This document shows positions 30,566 to 37,607 of a DNA stretch of 64,000 nucleotides, piece by piece. The stretch's first letter is position 1. Every line of letters starts with the position of its first letter. A program made the position numbers and the translations under genes. The notes below the pieces were generated by a model. The model did no database searches and was not told the DNA's origin. It saw only the letters and a list, made by a program, of their open reading frames with translations. The stretch is from an uncultured Rikenellaceae bacterium. Lineage in GTDB: Bacteria; Bacteroidota; Bacteroidia; Bacteroidales; Rikenellaceae. The stretch is taken from positions 1,310-65,309 of the forward strand of contig CAYJCU010000002.1 of NCBI GenBank assembly GCA_964368765.1, given 5' to 3'.

Positions 30566-30618
30566 GCGAGTTTACGCCTGCAAGGCACTGTTAATGTCCC
30601 ACATTAACACATACTCGC
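30566..30618. other. Candidate oriT: nested inverted repeats upstream of mobC
   Basis: GCGAGT(30566-71)...TGTTAATGT(30589-97) CCC ACATTAACA(30601-09)...ACTCGC(30613-18), in the 118-bp gap between the primase and mobC genes. Confidence 0.4.
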
Positions 30619-30644
30619 TTAATAAAATCTCGAAATATTGATAG

Positions 30645-31487
30645 TTATAACCTAAATCTACGTTTTGGTTGTTGTTTTGAACTCATAAGATAGTCATTAA
30701 GGTCTTTATGATTCCGATAAAAATGCGATTGGTCTACCACCTCGCACCCCAACTGCGAGACCTGCGCTAGTGCTCTTTTTCCTGCCTCGTCATTATCGAA
30801 AAAGCAGTGTAGCGTTGTGTGTCTCTTCAAAAAATCTGATGCCTTAGAGATATTTACAACCGAGTTCATAACAGCTATGTTTATTGATGGCTCTGGTGTT
30901 TTCTTTAGTGATAGATAAGAGAGCATATCCATAAACCCCTCGAACACCATACACTCCGAAGAATTTTTGTCAATGGTGGTTATACTTTTGGGGCTTGTGC
31001 CTCCTTTGAAATATTGGTTTCTTAGTTCCCATCCTCCGCTATCACATCTAAAGCCAATAGCGAAATAGTTTCTTCCTACATTTGTGAAATACACCTCACT
31101 ACAATATCGCTTTGCTATATCTGGGTTGATACCTCTTGAACGGATATAGTTTATTAGTTGTGGCGAGGTTAGTGACTTAACACTGTTCACTGTGATTACT
31201 GGCTCTGCTGAGGTTGATGACTCATTACGGTGAGATAAAAAAGAGTTGTTCTCGATCTTAGCGAATGCTTCGGCGGTGGTGCAATGCTCCAACTTCATAA
31301 CAAGGTCGATGATAGAACCTCCCTCGCCACTCCCGAAGTCGTACCATAGGTTTTTCACATAGTCCACCTTGAAACTAGGGGTATTCTCTGTTCGTAGTGG
31401 CGATAGATACATACCATATCCACTGCGCTCATAGTTTGACATTATTCCTTGTTGCGAAAGGAACTCTTTAATGCTAATATTTTTCAT
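30645..31487 (-). CDS. Toprim-domain DNA primase-like protein (PrmN-like)
   Basis: 280 aa. Degenerate zinc-finger-like N-terminus and Toprim motifs MVFEGFMDMLS and FFDNDEAGKRA. Confidence 0.7.
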   Translation of the reverse strand: MKNISIKEFLSQQGIMSNYERSGYGMYLSPLRTENTPSFKVDYVKNLWYDFGSGEGGSIIDLVMKLEHCTTAEAFAKIENNSFLSHRNESSTSAEPVITVNSVKSLTSPQLINYIRSRGINPDIAKRYCSEVYFTNVGRNYFAIGFRCDSGGWELRNQYFKGGTSPKSITTIDKNSSECMVFEGFMDMLSYLSLKKTPEPSINIAVMNSVVNISKASDFLKRHTTLHCFFDNDEAGKRALAQVSQLGCEVVDQSHFYRNHKDLNDYLMSSKQQPKRRFRL

Positions 31488-31511
31488 TTTATTCGTTTAT
31501 TAAATTATACT

Positions 31512-31683
31512 TACTACATACTACAATATCACAATGAAATAAAAATCAACTGATTATATGTAGTAACTATATCATATTATAGTAGTAATGTAGTAGGTGC
31601 GTAGTAGCCTATTTTAGGCATAGGCACAGCAGGCTAATCTTTTTTATTTCATTGGATTAGCTATTAATTGTAGTGATGTAGTA
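31512..31683. repeat. Cluster of about 8 (A)TGTAGTAR boxes (2 inverted, about 6 direct)
   Basis: TACTAC at 31512 and 31519. GTAGTA at 31560, 31582, 31590, 31601 and 31678, with variant GTAGTG at 31670. Also a hairpin gcctat-tttaggc-ataggc. Confidence 0.5.
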
Positions 31684-31691
31684 GGGTTATT

Positions 31692-32849
31692 TTATATATT
31701 TATCTTCTCGACAAGCCAACCATATATTGGGGTCTGGTTTACACGCTTTGATATGCGTTCGAAGCCTGCTTTACGTAGTGCCTCGCCCATACGTTTTTTA
31801 GATATGGATAATGCGGTGTACTCCTTTGCGTGATTAATTATCTGCACAGTAGTCATAAAGTTATCTCTACTAATAGATTTAACAAATAGCTGTAGTAGCA
31901 TCTCATATTCAACTGTCTGTACTTGAAAAGCACTATTTTGTATATGAAGTTCATTAATCTCACTATCATTAAACCAATACCGATAACCATCTCTATACAA
32001 TTTCATTACCTCAGAATACACATAATTCATATCAATCTCCTTAGCTTTCGCAATATCAATAGAAATAACTTCAAAAGGTAAAAACCTGCGTGAACCTGTT
32101 GGATCAGTCAAAAAATCATTACCATTCACGGATGCCATAAAGCTAGCGATATGCGGATAATCTTCTATATATACATCATAAGGTCGACGATATTTAACTA
32201 ATGGAGTGGTTATTAAATTTTTCAATTCATTTTCGTCACGCTTATTTAGTGCCTTTAGTTGGTCGTCAATATTGATAAATAAACACTCTGCGATAAGTGT
32301 TAGTATATCTTTATTCTGAGGATCTATTTTCCCTGTAAAGAGATAGCTTTTTAATGGTTTGGGACAGAGATTGTCTAGCCACGTTGTTTTAAATTTTCCT
32401 TGTTCACCTGTAAGTACTAAACAGATATGATTTTGGCAACCGCTATCATTTAGTGCGTTAGCAATAACCCCAACCAGCCATTTTGTTAGATACCCTACCC
32501 ATTTCTCATTATTGCTAACTGTTACGGTATTAGCAAGCTTCTCAATATTAATACATCCCTCAATAGGTGGGAGTGAATTGAAATACTCTCTGATTGGATC
32601 TACACGCTGTGAGAAATCACTCTCTAATATTGTGCGAATATTATCAGCGGAGGTGCTTATACCCATTGAGCTGTCCAGTTCTCTGCGCAGAGAGTTTAAA
32701 TCAAATTTTGTTATAGGTCTAAACGGAGTATTCTCTTTGGTTTGCATTTCAGTTCTGCACTTTATTGTATTGAACCTAAAAGAGTAGTGCTCTCGTAAAA
32801 ATTGCTCAATCTGCTCATTTTTAGACTGTTTCGTTATTCCACTATCCAT
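31692..32849 (-). CDS. VirE/VapE-family P-loop protein (primase-helicase associated)
   Basis: 385 aa. Walker A-like LVLTGEQGKFKTTWL and a Walker B-like block LFINIDD. Confidence 0.65.
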   Translation of the reverse strand: MDSGITKQSKNEQIEQFLREHYSFRFNTIKCRTEMQTKENTPFRPITKFDLNSLRRELDSSMGISTSADNIRTILESDFSQRVDPIREYFNSLPPIEGCINIEKLANTVTVSNNEKWVGYLTKWLVGVIANALNDSGCQNHICLVLTGEQGKFKTTWLDNLCPKPLKSYLFTGKIDPQNKDILTLIAECLFINIDDQLKALNKRDENELKNLITTPLVKYRRPYDVYIEDYPHIASFMASVNGNDFLTDPTGSRRFLPFEVISIDIAKAKEIDMNYVYSEVMKLYRDGYRYWFNDSEINELHIQNSAFQVQTVEYEMLLQLFVKSISRDNFMTTVQIINHAKEYTALSISKKRMGEALRKAGFERISKRVNQTPIYGWLVEKINI

Positions 32850-32855
32850 ATCTTA

Positions 32856-33233
32856 CTATCTCTTACGTTGTGCCGATTGTACTACACACTTAATAGCTTC
32901 ACTCGCATCACCTACCACTACACATCTACTAGCAACCCAATTAAGTATCTCTTTTCGTGAAAACACCAACTTGTGTCCATATTTCTTGTGAGGTATTTCG
33001 CCTTTCGAGGTTAATTTATACAATTTAGCTCTTGATGTGGGAAAGCCGTGCTCCTCTAACAACTCGACAGTCTTGTCTAGTGTTATGGTGTCTGGCTCCA
33101 CCGCTTTATCATTTTTAGTTATTAATGATGATACAGCATCTTGAACTATTGCCTTCAATTCTTCAGGTGTTGTTACGATAATATTAGAACTCATTTTAAA
33201 ATCAATTATTCGTTTGTAAATAGCTGTCGTCAC
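32856..33233 (-). CDS. Excisionase-family helix-turn-helix DNA-binding protein
   Basis: The C-terminal LYKLTSKGEIPHKKYGHKLVFSRKEILNWV is typical of the excisionase/HTH_17 type. The likely true start is M14 (33194). Confidence 0.6.
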   Translation of the reverse strand: MTTAIYKRIIDFKMSSNIIVTTPEELKAIVQDAVSSLITKNDKAVEPDTITLDKTVELLEEHGFPTSRAKLYKLTSKGEIPHKKYGHKLVFSRKEILNWVASRCVVVGDASEAIKCVVQSAQRKR

Positions 33234-33350
33234 AGCACATCATATATGATTTCGAATGCAAAGGTAAATAGATATTTATTACTATTAAAATCAAGAATAG
33301 CTGGACATTGTGATTTTGCAAAGGTTCAGAGACCCTATTGTACTCGAACC

Positions 33351-33404
33351 TAACGTTTCAAATAGGGAGGGTAATGTTTCAAAATTGTGAGGTAACGTTT
33401 CAAA
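33351..33404. repeat. Three TAAYGTTTCAAA boxes phased at exactly 21 bp (candidate operator or iteron)
   Basis: Cores at 33351-62, 33372-83 and 33393-404 in a 390-bp ORF-poor gap upstream of the xis-like operon. Confidence 0.55.
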
Positions 33405-33624
33405 ATGCGACATCAATGTTGCATCGCTCTATTTTACAGAGTATGCTTTTAATAAAAACTAACTTAAATTTGCCTTATGTACAGTTATTAAATTTTTTTG
33501 ATACGTTTCTAAGGCTATTTCTCCTATTTTAGTCACTATTTAGTCACAATATATTTGTAATTAACTGATTTTATGAAAAATAAAAACGTTACAGCTTTCA
33601 AGCTGTAACGTTAAGTACTATATC

Positions 33625-34086
33625 TTATTGATTATTTTTCTTGTTTCTTTCTTCTAAATAATATTTTAAATCTTTTAGTATTAGTTCAGGATCTAGTATA
33701 GGAACCATTGTAACATTATCTGGCAGCTCGCCAAATCCAACATAAGAGAAACTAATAAAATCCTCATCAATCCATTTGTCGAGTGTCGTGCGAGAGATGC
33801 CCAGCATCTTTGTTAACTGGGTCTTAGTCACATACTTTTGCTCTGTTACGCCATCAATATATTTAAACCCACTTATCGAGTCATAATTAATCCTAAGATA
33901 GCGTTCAAGACGCTCAATAATAATCTCAGGATCTTTGATTGCTGGTGTTATCTTACCCTTAGCACGTATCTCTATTGTGGCCAGATCGAAATTCTCGAAT
34001 ATTGGATCATCTCTTAGTAACTTAATAATAGAATCGTACTCCTGTAGCTGCGTTAGCTCTACCTTTAACTCTTTTCTTCGTGCCAT
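33625..34086 (-). CDS. Small HTH protein of unknown function, coupled to the upstream Schlafen-like ATPase gene
   Basis: 153 aa with HTH TKTQLTKMLGISRTTLDKWI. Its ATG is 4 nt after the stop of the 514-aa gene. Confidence 0.5.
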   Translation of the reverse strand: MARRKELKVELTQLQEYDSIIKLLRDDPIFENFDLATIEIRAKGKITPAIKDPEIIIERLERYLRINYDSISGFKYIDGVTEQKYVTKTQLTKMLGISRTTLDKWIDEDFISFSYVGFGELPDNVTMVPILDPELILKDLKYYLEERNKKNNQ

Positions 34087-34090
34087 AACA

Positions 34091-35635
34091 TTAATGGTTT
34101 TTTAGTGCTTTTCCCTTTTCTGTTAAACGATATTTTTGGTTCACACTTCTTGGTTTTTCGGGTATAGTCCGTTCTATATATCCTACCTCTATTGCAGGAT
34201 TGACATAATCGGACATAAAATATTTTCTGTCTGAGATGTTTAACAATATCTGTAATTCATCTCGTCTCATCTCTCCATTTACTACATTAACCAGTTTTTT
34301 TATACTCTCTAAGACATGGGGGGTAACATGGGGGGTAACATGGGGGGTGACTTGAGGAGGTAGCTCTTCGTCTATTACAAAAGCAGGATGACACGGTATC
34401 TCAACAACAAAATATGTTCTGTATTCATCCGTCTCATACCTAGCTTCTGGCGAACCATTGCCCTTTAACTCACTCCCGATTGTTGGAATACCTGTTCCAC
34501 GTCCCTCTGTTAACTCTAGCTCTTTTAAGAAATCCCCTAATCGTCTATTCCTATATCTGCGAGTTATCATTCGCCCTCTTTCTACGTCACTAAGTTTAAT
34601 AGATCTATCTGCTCCGCCATAACTAACTATTGTTATGCCTGTTGGCTCGATGACAATCTCCACTGGCTCTCTGTCTTGGTAATTACGGTGATACATAGCA
34701 TTTACCACAGCCTCTTCAAGTGCTTGATATGGATAGTTGTAGTATGTTATTGCCTCTGATTGATAAGAGACTTTTTCTATTTTCTTTTTTATTACATTTG
34801 TGCGAAGGTAGCTCATGACATTTGTAATAATATGGTGCACAGCCCCTTTAATAGGAGGATTCTCGATAAAATTTGAAGGATCTTGCATCTTACCTCTTGG
34901 GAAATGAACTATATCCACTTGGGTATATGGGAAAAACTTCTCTGGCTTATCCGAGAACATCATTAATGCAACATTTTTTGGAAACATATTCTCAGGTGGA
35001 CCAGCAAGCAGATCCATCTGTATGAGTATATCCTTTATATTTGCACCCTCGATGTTGTCAGCTAATTTACTATTCACCTTAATCAAGAAATCACGTAGCA
35101 ATAGAGATGAAATATCATTAACCGATGCGTTTTGATTAATTCTATCATCAAATGGTATTTGATTGCACAGTGTTAATAACTCTTGCTCGTTCTCACCCTC
35201 AGCAACAATACTAGAGGTGTTGTATCTAATGTAATATTTATGATTCTTATGCCTTGCCGTAATATCTTCGGGAACTTTATAGGGTCTATGTGATCCACCT
35301 GGTACCCATATAACAATAACTTTCCTGTTGTCGACATCCTCAATTGATACCTTTGGAAAATATACGGGTGAAATAAGATTATTAAACCCTAGCATCTCTC
35401 GCTGTATCTTATCAATCTGCGAAATATCTACACCAATAACTGGACGTTGAGCTGTGCCATTCACCTCCTTAACACCTACAATTATATATCCGCCACCAAT
35501 ATTATCAAAATCATTGGCAAACGCACAGATAGAACGATATATTGATGCTGGGTTCCATCCTTTTTTATACTCTATTCTATTGCTCTCAATTATATTATTG
35601 CTAAGCAGACTATTTATATTTATTGGTAAAGCCAT
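34091..35635 (-). CDS. AlbA_2 (Schlafen-like) domain + HATPase_c_4-like domain + C-terminal wHTH protein (family often mislabelled RecG-like)
   Basis: 514 aa. N-terminus ESNRIEYKKGWNP..ICAFANDFDNIGGGYIIVGV, middle EAVVNAMYHRNY...RNRRLGDFLKELELTEGRGTGIPTI, and a (VTPH)3 linker. Confidence 0.65.
   Translation of the reverse strand: MALPININSLLSNNIIESNRIEYKKGWNPASIYRSICAFANDFDNIGGGYIIVGVKEVNGTAQRPVIGVDISQIDKIQREMLGFNNLISPVYFPKVSIEDVDNRKVIVIWVPGGSHRPYKVPEDITARHKNHKYYIRYNTSSIVAEGENEQELLTLCNQIPFDDRINQNASVNDISSLLLRDFLIKVNSKLADNIEGANIKDILIQMDLLAGPPENMFPKNVALMMFSDKPEKFFPYTQVDIVHFPRGKMQDPSNFIENPPIKGAVHHIITNVMSYLRTNVIKKKIEKVSYQSEAITYYNYPYQALEEAVVNAMYHRNYQDREPVEIVIEPTGITIVSYGGADRSIKLSDVERGRMITRRYRNRRLGDFLKELELTEGRGTGIPTIGSELKGNGSPEARYETDEYRTYFVVEIPCHPAFVIDEELPPQVTPHVTPHVTPHVLESIKKLVNVVNGEMRRDELQILLNISDRKYFMSDYVNPAIEVGYIERTIPEKPRSVNQKYRLTEKGKALKNH
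34315..34350. repeat. 3 x 12-bp in-frame tandem repeat (catggggggtaa) encoding VTPHVTPHVTPH
   Basis: Read directly at 34315-26, 34327-38 and 34339-50 (the last unit has one substitution). Confidence 0.8.
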
Positions 35636-35691
35636 ATAGTGTTATTTTTTGCAAATGTAATAATAGTTTTCGATACATAATGTATAGTAAC

Positions 35692-36915
35692 CTAAAATTG
35701 TGTCAATAATGAGGCATTCTTCTCTCTTTCCTCTTTCTCAAAACTAGCTAAATACGCCTCTGTCGTCTTTAGGTCGTTGTGTCCTAAGCTCTCTGAGATA
35801 TATGCAATATTGGCCCCACTCCTCTTTAAAACTGTTGCGTAACTGTGTCGTGCAGTGTATGTGCTTATTCCATCAATACCTATCGCCTCACCGATTTGCT
35901 TCATTCGTTTATTAATACGCTTTGTTAAATCTTTAGTTAAATTCTTGCGTTTTTCAGCATCTTCATTTCCTGTGATATAAGGAAAAATATAGTCGTTAGG
36001 TTTTTTTGTTGGAGTACCCCAACGCTCAATTATCCTCTTGACCTCTGGAGTTACAATTGCACGAATCTCTTTACGTGTTTTGGTTGTTAACTCTGTTTTT
36101 TGCCTTATGAAACATATCTCGCCATCGACAATATTCTTATATTGTAGTTTTACTAAATCTGCCACATTTATTCCATTACATAGATACATAAAAAACCAAA
36201 GGTCTCGATAACGCTCGGTAGTTTCATTCCCATCATCATAACGTACAATCTGCCCTATCTGCTCAAGTGTTAAGGCTTTTTTCTTCGCCTCACCAGTTTG
36301 GATAACATATCTGTCTTTACCAAATGGGTAGGCAGACTCTTTTATTAATCCTGCTTTCCTTGCCTCGTTCATCATAGCACGAATACCACGCATATGCATT
36401 CCCACTGTTGTATAATTTTTATCTTGAAGCATAAATCGCTCATAACGTCTTAGCCACTCAACAGTCACATCTGCGAATGCTATACGGTCACCAGCAAAAG
36501 TAACAAGACCTTTCAGCACTCCATCATAATAGAGCATTGTTCCTATGCGCTCATCTTTACGCAGCATCTCGATTTTTGCCTTAAGCGCAGAGTTAAGCGT
36601 ATCGCCAGTTGCCTTACCTAGTCGCAGATTGAGAGCATCGAATGTAAATTCGGTCTTCTCTGCCAATGCAATAACATTGTTCTTTACAATAGTGAAGCTA
36701 TTCTCGACACTCTCCCTAATTGCAGTAAGATTTTTTACCCTTGTTGTTTTTAGTTTCTCCCACTCTTCAGGATTAAGTTCCTTGCCTGTGGAGTAATATT
36801 TTCGTTCACGCTTATACGTAACACGTATCTTTATGGGGTAGCTCCCTTTTATTGTTTTTCTTCGGTCATCAAGCATTGATGCAACCGTAATACCATCCTT
36901 TGAATAACTAAACAT
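35692..36915 (-). CDS. Tyrosine site-specific integrase (Bacteroides arm-binding type)
   Basis: I place the start at MFSYSKDGITV (cat at 36913-15). Arm-binding-like N-terminus (PIKIRVTYKRERKYYSTG). Catalytic-region motifs ARHSYATVLKRSG and LGHNDLKTTEAYL. Confidence 0.85.
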   Translation of the reverse strand: MFSYSKDGITVASMLDDRRKTIKGSYPIKIRVTYKRERKYYSTGKELNPEEWEKLKTTRVKNLTAIRESVENSFTIVKNNVIALAEKTEFTFDALNLRLGKATGDTLNSALKAKIEMLRKDERIGTMLYYDGVLKGLVTFAGDRIAFADVTVEWLRRYERFMLQDKNYTTVGMHMRGIRAMMNEARKAGLIKESAYPFGKDRYVIQTGEAKKKALTLEQIGQIVRYDDGNETTERYRDLWFFMYLCNGINVADLVKLQYKNIVDGEICFIRQKTELTTKTRKEIRAIVTPEVKRIIERWGTPTKKPNDYIFPYITGNEDAEKRKNLTKDLTKRINKRMKQIGEAIGIDGISTYTARHSYATVLKRSGANIAYISESLGHNDLKTTEAYLASFEKEEREKNASLLTQF

Positions 36916-36930
36916 AATCTCAAAATACTC

Positions 36931-36970
36931 TGTGTGCAAATATTTAATCGTACACACAATTTGCACACAA
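36931..36970. repeat. Arm-type site pair at the right end: tgtgtgcaaat (inverted) and gtacacacaatttgcacacaa (direct)
   Basis: 36950-36970 is identical to 18091-18111. 36931-41 is the inverted complement of the atttgcacaca core. Confidence 0.5.
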
Positions 36971-37094
36971 AACTAATAAAACTATATCAATAAAACAAAT
37001 ATATTATTCTCAATAATAATGTTAAATAACTGATTATTAGTATTATTAAGATATGAAAATAATTTAAAGAAAATAGATAAAAATTAAAAGGTTA

Positions 37095-37139
37095 CGACTC
37101 ATAATCAGGGGGTCGCAGGTTCAAGCCCTGCTGGGCCCA
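37095..37139 (+). repeat. attR: 45-bp copy of the tRNA 3' half, with no tRNA 5' half upstream
   Basis: Identical to 17992..18036 and preceded by the AT-rich sequence aaaattaaaaggttac. Confidence 0.85.
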
Positions 37140-37145
37140 CAGAAA

Positions 37146-37182
37146 AAGCACTTACGGATATTTTAGTAAGTGCTTTTTTTTG
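37146..37182 (+). terminator. Probable native tRNA terminator, displaced by the insertion
   Basis: aagcacttac / gtaagtgctt 10-bp stem followed by T8. Confidence 0.55.
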
Positions 37183-37607
37183 TCATTCGTTTTATGTAGC
37201 TGAAGGGCAATGTGAACAAAAATAGGATCAATGCAAAAAGTATGTGGAGCGTATGAGGGCTTTTCCAAAAATCACTTCATCTTCGGTACCTTTTCCTCAC
37301 TATAAATCCTCACGTACTTTAAGTACGCTTCGGTGTTATAGTGCGTGAAACGCACCAAAGCTAAAGCAATTTAGAAAAAAAGCGGACATTAAACTAGTAA
37401 TTTGGAATTAGGTTATTTGTTTAACCCCACTAGAAATTTTCATTGAGCCCAAAAACAGAGTTTATTAACTAGAAATTTTTGCATAAAAGAGGGTGACTAG
37501 AAAAGCAAATCGCTGCTTTTTAGTCACCCTCCAATTCTTAGGTATTACAAACCATTTTAGCTTTAAAGATAGACTAAATGGTTTGCGGCTACCTCCTATC
37601 TAAATTA

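Larger units (their letters stand above)
18037..37139. mobile_element. ~19.1 kb integrative mobilizable element (NBU-like) in the tRNA(CAT) 3' end, with a SusC/SusD locus as cargo
   Basis: Perfect 45-bp direct repeats at both ends. A tyrosine integrase sits next to attR. An excisionase-like HTH, VirE, Toprim primase and MobC plus relaxase are present, but no conjugation (tra) genes. A 21-bp repeat occurs inside both ends. Confidence 0.7.

Noticed and set aside
34315-34350. Possible CRISPR-like or other repeat array
   Set aside because: It is only three contiguous 12-bp units with no spacers, in frame inside a CDS. It is a coding tandem repeat, not a CRISPR array. No CRISPR array was seen anywhere in the window.
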